A stretch of DNA of 64,000 bases from Vicinamibacteria bacterium. Its GTDB lineage: Bacteria > Acidobacteriota > Vicinamibacteria > Fen-336. A model generated the notes under the pieces. It had not been told where the DNA came from. It saw only the letters and a program-made list of their open reading frames with translations, and made no database searches. Positions 6,609 through 15,055 of the stretch are shown in pieces. The DNA lies in assembly GCA_025994075.1 (NCBI GenBank), contig JAMQGV010000048.1:1-64000 (forward strand), read 5' to 3'. The position numbers were made by a program, and so were the translations under genes. Numbering within the stretch: the first letter of the stretch is position 1; the number at the start of each line of letters is the position of its first letter.

Positions 6609-9600
6609 ATGCGCGAGGCGCAGTTCCAGTTCGCGAGCCCCCTGCTGTGGGCGCTGGCGGCTGCCGCCGCTTTCGCGACGATCGCGGTCAACCCCGCGGC
6701 CATGGTCCCCACCGGACAGGCTGCGGTCGGCGGCGTCGCGCCGTTCGCCAATGCGCCGCTGGCCCTCGCCCAGGCGATGGCGCTTTCCGGCCTGATCTTC
6801 TACACCTTCCCGGCGACGCTGCTGGGCGGGCAGGCCGCGCTGCGAGACGACGAGGCCGGAGTGGGACCGCTGTTGCACGCGACTCCGCTGCGCGCGCGCG
6901 AGTACGTGGCAGGCAAGCTCGCGGGTGTCCTGCTGGCCCTGGGAGCCGTCGCGTTCGGCCATGCGCTGCTGATCGCGAGCTGGCACCTCGCCTCCGCCTG
7001 GCTCGGCGCGCGTCTGGCGATCGGCCCGATCTCACTCGTCGCCTACGCGCTGCCACCGCTGTTGTTCGTCGGCCCCGGCGTCGCACTTTGCGCGGTGGTC
7101 GGCTTCGCGCTCGGCGAACGAACACGAAGCCCGCTCGCCGTCTACGCCTCGGCCTCGGCGCTCTTCCCGCTGGGACTGGCCGGGCTCGCGGCGCGCCCAC
7201 CCGGCGTGCTCGCCGGCTGGGTCGACGGCTTCTTCGCCCTCGTCGACCCGTGGGGCGCACGCTGGCTCTCGGGGACTGTCTTCGCGGTCGACCGCGGGGC
7301 AGCGTGGTTCAACGACGCGGCGATCCCGTTCGACCTTGCTTTCTGGGGCAGCCGCGCGGTGATCGCCGCCGGCTGTGCCGTGATCGTGGTCGCCGCGATA
7401 CGGCACTGCGAGCGAGTGGTTCGGGGCCGCGAGGCGAGTCGACCCGCGCCGGCGGGCGCGATGACACCGAGGGAACCCGCGGCGGTCGTTCCGCTGCAAC
7501 CCCTGGGCCCACCGGCGACGATCTGCCCTCCGGGCGCGCTCGAGGCCAGCCTCGTCCTGGCTCGGACCGAACTGGCTCAACTCGTCCGTCAGCCGGGCAC
7601 GTGGATCTTCGCGGCGTTCCTGTGCCTCCTGGTCCTCGAACACGCAGGCGCCTCGCGCGGCGTGCTCGACAGCCCCGTCCGCTGGACCGCGGGCCTTCTT
7701 GCGACGAGCCTGGTTCCGACCGTCACCGCGATGGGCGCGCTGTTCGTCCTCTTCTCGCTGAGTGACGCGCTCGACCGCGGAAGTCGCACGCGGACCGTCG
7801 CCGTGGTCCACGCCACCGCCGTGCCGACGTCCGCGCTCCTGCTGGGACCCCTGCTCGCGAGCCACGTGGCGCTCGCGGGGTTGCTCGCCGGTGGTGCGCT
7901 GGTGGCGCTCGCCTCTTCCACCGGTGGCGCGGCGTGGCCGCTCCCGTTCGTGTGGGGCCTCCTGCTGGCTCCGAGCTTCGCGGCCTGGGGCGCGGCCGTG
8001 CTGCTCGGCTGGGCGTTCACCCACGACCGCGCGAAGACGATCGCGATCGGGCTGGGCCTGCTGGCGCTGACCGCCGCGGCGTACCTGCAGGATCGGCTCG
8101 ACTGGTGGTCCAACTGGCCGCTGTGGGGCGTGTTGCGCTGGAGCGAATCGGGCCCGGCGCTCGATATGGCCCGCGAGCCGCTGCTGCTGAACCGCGTGCT
8201 CTTCACGGCGCTGGCCGTGGCGCTCACGATCATCGCGATCGGGCGCTTCCCGCGACGGGAGGCCGATCGGCTTCGCGCGCGCCCCGGGATGCTGCGGGCT
8301 CCCGGGTCGCGCATGGCGCTCTCTCTCGCCTTCCTGGCCGGAGGACTGCTCGTGCACGGCGTCGCCCGGAGCACCGACGGGAGCGCGGCGCGGACGCGCG
8401 ACGCCGAGTACTGGCGGCTGAACGTGGCCGCCTGGCCCGGAGCGCCAGTGCCGACGATCCAGAGGCTCGACGCCCGCATCGACCTTCACGCCCCGAGCGC
8501 GGGCCGCGTTCACGGCACGGTCCGGGTCTCAGGGCGCTACCGACTCCGCAACGAGAGTCCGGCCGCACTCGGGGCGCTCCCGTTCACGCTCGGGCCCGCG
8601 GCCCGATCGATTCGGTGGACGCTGGACGGTGCCTCCATCGCCGCGGAGGACCGCGCTGGGCTCTTCGTGCTTCGCCCCGCCATGCCGCTCCCGGTCGACG
8701 CGACGGTCGAGGCCGGCTTCGACTACGACCTGTACCTGGGCGACGGCTACCGTCGCGGCGTCGAGGCCGTCGAGTTCGTGCTGCCTTCTTCGGTGCAACT
8801 CGACACGCTCGGCCGCCACCTGCTGCCCGTGCCCGGCTTCGTGGCTGGCGTCGGAGAGTCGGCGGAGCGACGGCACGAGCCGGCACCCGGGCCGTCGGCC
8901 CCTCCCGGCCAGGCCCGGGCGCCGATCCAGGGCAACCCGCGACCCTTCCGCACCCGCCTCGAGATCACTGCGCCCTCCGGCTTGTCCGTCGTGGCGACGG
9001 GCGAGAAGACGGCCGAGTTCGAGCGCGACGGTCGCCGCGTCACGGTGTGGGAGAGTGGCCCTCAGGGAGTGCGCTTCGTGAGCCTCGCCGCCGGCCGCTG
9101 GACGGCGCGGTACGGCGACGGCGTGGCCGTTTACCACCACCCGTCACTCGGGCACACGGCCGCGGAAGTGCTGGGGACGCTGGCTTCGGCGCGGAGGCGT
9201 TACTCCGAGTGGTTCGGGGCGTACCCCTGGTCGCGACTGCGGCTCGCCGTGATGCCGGATCACGCGACGCGCGCGCGCTCGTTCCCGACGCTCATCCACT
9301 TCTCGGAGGGCATGGGGCTCTTCTCCGGTGACGGCCCGGGTGCCCCCGCCGCGACGATCGTCGCCGTTCACGAGGCCGCGCATCAGTGGTGGGGGCACCT
9401 GCTCACGCCCGCGGCGGCGCCCGGGGCCGACGTCCTGCTCGAGGGCCTGGCGCACTACTCGACGCTGCTCTGGCTCGAAGCGGAGCGCGGGCCCGAATCG
9501 AGGCAGGCGTTCGCGCGGCATCTCGAGGAGCAGTACGTCTCGCGACGGCGGGTCGACCTGGAGCGTCCCCTGGTCGCGCTCGCCGCGGGCACCGATCACG

Positions 9601-10082
9601 AGCGCTCGTCCGCGGAGAACCGCGGCGCCTGGGCCTTCTGGATGCTCGATCGCCAACTCGGCCGCGAGCGCCTGCTCGCCGGCCTGCGGGAGCTGACCGA
9701 GCGCTATCGAGGCGGTCCCCACCATCCCACCCTGGAGGACGCGCTGGCACTACTGCGGGTGCGAGCCCACGACGCTGCGGCGTTCGACCATGTCGCGGAC
9801 CTCTGGTTCCGCAGCACTGAGCTGCCCGAACTGGAGCTGAAGGTCGTGCGCTCCGGAGCGTTCGCGCCGGGCCGTCACGACCTCGTCGTCGCGGTGGCAG
9901 GAGCGGCTGGCCTCGAACTCACGCTCGCCGCGTTCGGCGCCGCGGGCGAGCGCAGCGATGCGCCGCTGCAGGCGGGAATCGCGCGCTGGGAGCTGCCGTT
10001 CGCTCCGCTCCGCGTCGTCGCCGACCCGGACCTGCAAGTGCTCCAGCTCCACCGCAGCCGTGCCGCGGTGGAGCTGCACTGA
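6609..10082 (+). CDS. ABC-2 type permease fused to a C-terminal M1-family (aminopeptidase N-like) zinc peptidase domain
   Basis: The product is about 1157 aa. The N-terminal half is multi-span hydrophobic. The C-terminal half carries the M1 motif HEAAHQWWGH...LLEGLAHY (HExxH-x18-E). The track shows this as part of a longer ORF 5409-10082. Confidence 0.75.
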   Translation: MREAQFQFASPLLWALAAAAAFATIAVNPAAMVPTGQAAVGGVAPFANAPLALAQAMALSGLIFYTFPATLLGGQAALRDDEAGVGPLLHATPLRAREYVAGKLAGVLLALGAVAFGHALLIASWHLASAWLGARLAIGPISLVAYALPPLLFVGPGVALCAVVGFALGERTRSPLAVYASASALFPLGLAGLAARPPGVLAGWVDGFFALVDPWGARWLSGTVFAVDRGAAWFNDAAIPFDLAFWGSRAVIAAGCAVIVVAAIRHCERVVRGREASRPAPAGAMTPREPAAVVPLQPLGPPATICPPGALEASLVLARTELAQLVRQPGTWIFAAFLCLLVLEHAGASRGVLDSPVRWTAGLLATSLVPTVTAMGALFVLFSLSDALDRGSRTRTVAVVHATAVPTSALLLGPLLASHVALAGLLAGGALVALASSTGGAAWPLPFVWGLLLAPSFAAWGAAVLLGWAFTHDRAKTIAIGLGLLALTAAAYLQDRLDWWSNWPLWGVLRWSESGPALDMAREPLLLNRVLFTALAVALTIIAIGRFPRREADRLRARPGMLRAPGSRMALSLAFLAGGLLVHGVARSTDGSAARTRDAEYWRLNVAAWPGAPVPTIQRLDARIDLHAPSAGRVHGTVRVSGRYRLRNESPAALGALPFTLGPAARSIRWTLDGASIAAEDRAGLFVLRPAMPLPVDATVEAGFDYDLYLGDGYRRGVEAVEFVLPSSVQLDTLGRHLLPVPGFVAGVGESAERRHEPAPGPSAPPGQARAPIQGNPRPFRTRLEITAPSGLSVVATGEKTAEFERDGRRVTVWESGPQGVRFVSLAAGRWTARYGDGVAVYHHPSLGHTAAEVLGTLASARRRYSEWFGAYPWSRLRLAVMPDHATRARSFPTLIHFSEGMGLFSGDGPGAPAATIVAVHEAAHQWWGHLLTPAAAPGADVLLEGLAHYSTLLWLEAERGPESRQAFARHLEEQYVSRRRVDLERPLVALAAGTDHERSSAENRGAWAFWMLDRQLGRERLLAGLRELTERYRGGPHHPTLEDALALLRVRAHDAAAFDHVADLWFRSTELPELELKVVRSGAFAPGRHDLVVAVAGAAGLELTLAAFGAAGERSDAPLQAGIARWELPFAPLRVVADPDLQVLQLHRSRAAVELH

Positions 10083-10088
10083 GCGCCG

Positions 10089-12131
10089 TCAGCGCAGGAC
10101 GTCGATCTTCGCCAGGGCCGCGAGGTACTCGGCGACCAGGTCGATCGGCACGGGGCCCAGGATGGCCGACAGCGCGTCGCGGATCTCGCGCACCGTGCGG
10201 CGGCCGTCGACGAGGTTGAGGGCCTCGTAGTCGTAGCCGCCGCCCCCGAAGGCGGGCAGGCGCAGGGCCGCCGTGGCCGGGCGCCCGAGCTTGTCGGGGA
10301 GGTACTCGTAGCCGAACGCCGACATCGGCCCGCGCAGCGCCGGGTTGCGCGCGTAGACCCGCCTCTCGGCGGCGGTGGCGGGCGGCGGCGGAGGGGCGGG
10401 AGCGCCGCCCAGCAGCGCGGAGAGCTGCGCCGAGAAGCGGTCGGCGCGGGCGCGGGCCGCGGCGTCGAGCGGCGCGAACGAGGCCATCGACTCGAACACG
10501 CCGCGCTCGTACGCGAGCGCGAAGCGGGTCAGGTTCGCGGCCTCGCCGGCGTCGGCGAGTCGAGCCCGGCGCTCCAGCGTCGCCGCGGCGCGGCGCAGCG
10601 CCTGGCCCTCGAGCTTCGCCTGCATCGCGGGCACGTCGTCCGCGCCGAAGTCCGCGAGCACGAGCGCGGACGCGGCGGCGAGGAACCCCGCGCGCTTGAG
10701 CTTGGTCGGGTCGATGTTCGCGGCGCGATCGGCGGTCGTGTGGATGTAGCGGTCGGGCCAGTCGTTGAAGTAAAGCGACGGAATCCGCCACGAGCCCTCG
10801 GCGTAGACCTGGTGGTCGCTGCCCGTCGAGAACTCCGCGAGGTCGGCCTGCAGCGGCTCGCGGCCACCCTCGGGCGCGACGACGGGGAAGTCGGCGGCCC
10901 CGGTCGACGCGAAGGCGAGTGTCTCGGCGTTGAGCCAGCGCGCCAGCTCTTCCGCGACGTCGTGGACGAACGACGGCAGGCTCTTCGGCCCGCGGGTGAC
11001 GTGGAAGACAGCCTTCGTCTCCGGACCGCCGCCGACCATGTCGAGGTGGATCGCCGCCTTCAGGCGCTGCGCCCAGTCGCGCCGGCCCTCCAGCAGCGCG
11101 AGCGTGCCCTCGATCTCGGGCGGGAACACGAAGCGCAGCGTGCGCGCCGGGCGCGGGATCGTCCCGTCCTTCACGAGGCGGGCGAGCGAGCGCGCCGCCT
11201 CCAGGATGGCGGCGCAGCCGCTGGCGTTGTCGTTGGCGCCCGGGCGCGGGTGATCGAGGTGGCAGGAGAAGACGATCTCGCCGGCGCGCAGCTTCGGGTC
11301 GGCGCCGAGGAGGGCGGCGCTCGGGATGTCGTAGCTCGCCGCCTGCTGCACCGCCTCGACGCGGGCGTCGAGCCAGACGCTCTCGCCGCGGGCGAGCCGC
11401 GCCTGCCAGCCGCGCGCGCGGCCGGGCGAGACCATGAACGCGAAGGTGCGCTCCGCCTCGGGGGCGAACGTGTCGAGGTGCCCCCAGCGGATCAGCGACG
11501 CGTCTTCGCCCCACCAGGCGGTGCGCTGGTTCTGGGCCCAGCTCACGATGCCCGCCGCGCCGAAGCGGCCCACGGCGAGGGCGGCGACGGCTTCCGGCTG
11601 GCTCGAGGTCAGGACCAGGCGGCCGCGCACCTCGCGGCCGGCGTAGTCCTGCTCGCGGGTGCCGGCGCCGACGTCGACGAGTTCCGCGCGCGCCGCCCCG
11701 GAGTGCGAGTCCTGGGCGAGCGTCAGCGGCTGGGCCTCCCAGGAGGCGACGCGCTCGAGGCGCTCGCGGGTCCCGTCGGCGCGCGCCGCGCCGAGCTCCC
11801 ACAGCTCCGCGAACGCCGGGTTCCAGGCCGGCCGGGAGCGCTGGGTGCCGTAGAAGATCGTGCCGTCGGCGGGCAGTTCCTCGAGCTTCACCTCCTCGAG
11901 GCCGGCCGCCTTCAGCCGCTCGACCACGTGGAGCGCGGCGGCGCGGAAGCCCGCCGAGGCGCGCATCCGGTGCTGGCGCGCGAGGAACTCGAGCTCGCGC
12001 TTGGCCTGCTCGCCCGAGACCTCCCGCTCGAGCGCCTCGGCGGACGGGCGGGGGAGCAGCGGGGGAGCCTCGGCGGCGAGTGGGGAAGCGAGCCCGAGGG
12101 CGGCGATCGAGACGGCGGCGGCGATGCGCAT
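10089..12131 (-). CDS. secreted M28 family zinc peptidase
   Basis: There is a signal peptide, and M28 motifs are present (HLDHPRPGANDNASG). Confidence 0.8.
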   Translation of the reverse strand: MRIAAAVSIAALGLASPLAAEAPPLLPRPSAEALEREVSGEQAKRELEFLARQHRMRASAGFRAAALHVVERLKAAGLEEVKLEELPADGTIFYGTQRSRPAWNPAFAELWELGAARADGTRERLERVASWEAQPLTLAQDSHSGAARAELVDVGAGTREQDYAGREVRGRLVLTSSQPEAVAALAVGRFGAAGIVSWAQNQRTAWWGEDASLIRWGHLDTFAPEAERTFAFMVSPGRARGWQARLARGESVWLDARVEAVQQAASYDIPSAALLGADPKLRAGEIVFSCHLDHPRPGANDNASGCAAILEAARSLARLVKDGTIPRPARTLRFVFPPEIEGTLALLEGRRDWAQRLKAAIHLDMVGGGPETKAVFHVTRGPKSLPSFVHDVAEELARWLNAETLAFASTGAADFPVVAPEGGREPLQADLAEFSTGSDHQVYAEGSWRIPSLYFNDWPDRYIHTTADRAANIDPTKLKRAGFLAAASALVLADFGADDVPAMQAKLEGQALRRAAATLERRARLADAGEAANLTRFALAYERGVFESMASFAPLDAAARARADRFSAQLSALLGGAPAPPPPPATAAERRVYARNPALRGPMSAFGYEYLPDKLGRPATAALRLPAFGGGGYDYEALNLVDGRRTVREIRDALSAILGPVPIDLVAEYLAALAKIDVLR

Positions 12132-12135
12132 GGGC

Positions 12136-13074
12136 TCAGGGCTCCAGCTCGAGCGAGTAGTTCGTGAGGAACACCTGGAAGGCCGAGACCTCCAGCATGT
12201 CCTGGCCGACGAAGCGGATCGTGTGCGAGTCGACGCGCTGGACCCCGCGCAGGTAGGCGGCGACTTCGGCCGGGCGGTAGTTCTTGAAGGTGACGTCGAG
12301 CGTGACCGGGGTCGTGACCCGGAACGGCTCGAAGCCGGCGCGTCGCGCCAGGGCCCGCTTCACGCCCTCGGCGATCCGGGCGCACGCCGCGGCGGGCGTG
12401 AGCGTCTCCGCCGCGTGGAACCCGAGGTGGCGCTTGGTCTCGACGGCCTCGACGTCCCCGAGTTGCGCGCGCACCTCGGCCACCGCCGCGTCGTCGCCGG
12501 AGACGAACACCACCGGGACGCCGAAGTGCCCCGCGACGGCCGCGTTGAAGGAGCCCTCGCTGGCCACCTGGCCGTTGAGCTTCACGGAGTGCAGCCGCGC
12601 GCTCGAGAACGTGTGGGCGCGGACGCCCTGCGGGTTGTCGGTCGACGAGTGGTAACCGACGAAGAGCGCCGCGTCGAAGCTCGCGTCGAGGCCGCCCATC
12701 ATGCCGAGCGGCCGCGGCCACGAGCGCACGATCCGGACGTCGGGCGGGAACTGCTCGATCAGCAGGTTCTGGCCGTTGCCGTGGGAATCGGCGACGACGA
12801 TCTCGGTGGCGCCGGCCTCCTTCGCGGCCGTCACCGCCGCCAGCGCCTCCTTCGTCATGAACTCGCGGAAGCGGGCGTACTCGAACCCCGAGGGCCCGAG
12901 CTGGTCGGGGCTGACGACCCCGGCGACGCCCTCCATGTCGACGGAGACGAAGACCTTCAGCTTGGCGGGCGGCGCCGCGGAGGCGGCGGGACCGGCGAGC
13001 AGGAGCGCGACGAGAGCGAGGACACGATTCAAGGGCGGGCCTCCGGGAAGGCCCGATTGTAGGTGAGGCGGCAC
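12136..13074 (-). CDS. M55 family D-aminopeptidase (DppA-like)
   Basis: DMEGVAG and ADSHGNG motifs typical of M55/DppA are present, along with a signal-like N-terminus. Confidence 0.75.
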   Translation of the reverse strand: MPPHLQSGLPGGPPLNRVLALVALLLAGPAASAAPPAKLKVFVSVDMEGVAGVVSPDQLGPSGFEYARFREFMTKEALAAVTAAKEAGATEIVVADSHGNGQNLLIEQFPPDVRIVRSWPRPLGMMGGLDASFDAALFVGYHSSTDNPQGVRAHTFSSARLHSVKLNGQVASEGSFNAAVAGHFGVPVVFVSGDDAAVAEVRAQLGDVEAVETKRHLGFHAAETLTPAAACARIAEGVKRALARRAGFEPFRVTTPVTLDVTFKNYRPAEVAAYLRGVQRVDSHTIRFVGQDMLEVSAFQVFLTNYSLELEP

Positions 13075-13122
13075 GGCCCGGGGCGGCCCGACGCCGGAGT
13101 TCGCTCCGGCGCCGGGCCTCGT

Positions 13123-14226
13123 TCAGATCAGCTTGCCGACCGTCTCGGCCAGGCCCTTCTCGGTCAGCACGACCTTGAGCTGGGCCTTGCCGGCGACCTT
13201 CTCGAGCGTCTCCAGCTCGCGCAGGCGCATCAGCGCCGGCGCCTGCTCGTAGAGCCGCGCCGTGTTGAGCTGCGACCGCATGGCCGCCGTCTCCTCGCGC
13301 CGCGTGATGAGGTTGGCCTCCGAGGCCTTCTTCGCCTCGGTCACCTTGTTCATCAGCTCCTTCATGTCGCCCGGCAGGATCACGTCGCGGATGCCGAGGG
13401 TGACGACCTCGACGCCGAACGACGCGGCCCGACGGCCCACCGCCGCCGCCAGCTCTCCGGCCACGGCGTCCTTCTCCTGCAGCAGCGCGTCCAGCTCGCG
13501 CGTGCCGATCGCCGCCCGCAGCGCGAGCTGCGCCTCGCGGTACAGCGCCTGGCGGTGGTCCTCGACCTCGGCCACGGCCCGGGCCGCGTCCACGACGCGG
13601 GACACCACCACGGCGTTCAGGCGCAGCGTGACCTTGTCGGCGGTCATGATCTCCTGACCGGCGACGTCGAGGGTTTGCTCGCGCAGGTCGACGGCCACGA
13701 CCTTCAGCCGTGCGACGCCCTTCCAGAACGCGTGCGTGCCCGGGCGCAGGGTCGCCTCGTGGCGGCCCTCGCGCAGGTACACGCCCGCGTGGCCGGCCTC
13801 GACCACGTGGGCCTCGAGCGCCTCGCGCGCGCCCGGGGCCTGCAGGATCGCCGTCAGGCTGGCGTGCTCGAAGCGCACGGGCCGCGCGTCGATCCGCTCC
13901 ACGCGCACCTCGCGGAACGAGTTCCACAGCGCGTGCAGCCCCGGCCGCAGGACCGCGGCCACGCGGCCGTCGATCCACACGACCGCGCGCTCGTGCTCGG
14001 CCAGGTCGAGGACGACGGCCTCGCCCCTCTCGAGCGCGCCCTTGCGCACGATCACGTCGAGCTCCTTGTGGGCGAACCACGCCTCGCGGACCGAAACCCG
14101 CTCGACGCGCACGTTCATCAGCGGGTCGGCGATCACGTGCCAGCCCGGCTTCAGGAGACGCTCGAACACCTTGTCGCGGAACACGAGCGCCCGCTCGTGC
14201 TCCCGCACCTTCACGACCCGAATCAC
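13123..14226 (-). CDS. SPFH/band 7 (stomatin/prohibitin-like) family protein
   Basis: A band-7 core is followed by a coiled-coil region (GIRDVILPGDMKELMNK...). Confidence 0.85.
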   Translation of the reverse strand: MIRVVKVREHERALVFRDKVFERLLKPGWHVIADPLMNVRVERVSVREAWFAHKELDVIVRKGALERGEAVVLDLAEHERAVVWIDGRVAAVLRPGLHALWNSFREVRVERIDARPVRFEHASLTAILQAPGAREALEAHVVEAGHAGVYLREGRHEATLRPGTHAFWKGVARLKVVAVDLREQTLDVAGQEIMTADKVTLRLNAVVVSRVVDAARAVAEVEDHRQALYREAQLALRAAIGTRELDALLQEKDAVAGELAAAVGRRAASFGVEVVTLGIRDVILPGDMKELMNKVTEAKKASEANLITRREETAAMRSQLNTARLYEQAPALMRLRELETLEKVAGKAQLKVVLTEKGLAETVGKLI

Positions 14227-14244
14227 GACTTCACCTCCTTATTA

Positions 14245-14330
14245 GGGAGTCGAGGAGACGCCTCCTGGCGTCTCCTCGCTCCGCGGGGGCTACGTCGGGC
14301 AACGAAGCCTCCTCCGCCCCCGCACCCCCA
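14245..14330 (+). repeat. structured GC-rich repeat unit, copy A (begins GGGAGTCG; contains a GGAGACGCC/GGCGTCTCC hairpin and a GCGGGGGC...GCCCCCGC stem)
   Basis: It is near-identical to copy B at 14334-14420 and to the inverted copy at 22614-22701. Confidence 0.8.
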
Positions 14331-14333
14331 GTT

Positions 14334-14420
14334 CGGGAGTCGCCAAGATGCCCTGCGGCGTCTCCTCGCTCCGCGGGGGCTACGTCGGACGACGAAGCCT
14401 CCTCCGCCCCCGCGCCCCCC
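14334..14420 (+). repeat. structured GC-rich repeat unit, copy B (tandem to copy A)
   Basis: Direct alignment with copy A shows about 90% identity over the core gcgtctcctcgctccgcgggggctacgtcgg.cgacgaagcctcctccgcccccgc. Confidence 0.8.
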
Positions 14421-14650
14421 GGCACGACGCCTTCCGGAGGCGGCGCCGGCCGCGCCACGCCTCGGGCGTGGAGGGCCGGTGCGGCGGCGAGCCCCTGGTG
14501 CGGGCGGCTCGCCGCGCGCGAGCGCACGGCCCTGCAGGACGCCTTCGCGCGCTGCCCCGAGGTCGTCCACTCGAGCGGACGTGGCCTGGCCCCGGGGGCC
14601 GGCGCCGGACACGGCTTCCGCCTCCGGTCGGCGGTACGACTTTCAAGGAC

Positions 14651-14725
14651 TGGCTGAAGGAGCAGGAGTCGAACCTGCGACCCGCGAATCCGTGTTCGCT
14701 GCTCTACCCACTGAGCTATCCGTAC
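14651..14725 (-). tRNA. tRNA-like element, probably a tRNA pseudogene or scar (canonical D-arm and T-arm, encoded CCA, acceptor stem does not pair, anticodon loop 1 nt short)
   Basis: The reverse complement reads GTACGGA-TA-GCTCAGTGGGTAGAGC-A-GCGAA-CACGGA-TTCGC-GGGTC-GCAGGTTCGACTCCTGC-TCCTTCA-G-CCA. Confidence 0.45.
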
Positions 14726-14850
14726 GACCGCTTTCGAGGCGGTGGTGACTGCACGTCTCCCTTCGTCAGAACCCGTCGCGCGGAACACGCGCCTCCGACC
14801 GCTCGAGGCGGGGAAGCGGGCGCCGCCGGCCCGGGACACGATGAGTCCGT

Positions 14851-14892
14851 CTCAAAATGAAAAAGGCCTTCCGGGGAGCACCCGGAAGGCCT
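14851..14892 (-). terminator. rho-independent terminator (12-bp perfect stem aggccttccggg/cccggaaggcct, then a U-run on the minus strand)
   Basis: The hairpin is seen directly. The plus strand has aaaatgaaaaa immediately 5' of the stem, which is the U-tract on the minus strand. It lies downstream of the minus-strand YHS gene. Confidence 0.7.
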
Positions 14893-15055
14893 CGTGCCTC
14901 TCGCGAGGACGAGGAACGCCTCAGGGCGCACCGCCGCGCACACGGCCACAGGGCCGGGGGCGCGCGAGATCGAACTGGCGAGTCGACTTCATCCGGTACT
15001 CCATGAGCGTGACGCCCAAGTTAGGAAGCCGCGGCCGGCCTGTCAAGGAGAAAGT

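Noticed and set aside
14245-14420. Possible CRISPR array
   Set aside because: There are only two repeat copies. They are directly adjacent, with no spacers of regular length. The repeats are ~86 bp and palindrome-rich. No cas genes are present.
14651-14725. Calling a specific functional tRNA isotype (Pro or Arg) for the tRNA-like element
   Set aside because: The acceptor stem pairs at only 4 of 7 positions and the anticodon loop is 6 nt in my manual fold, so anticodon and isotype cannot be assigned without tRNAscan-SE.
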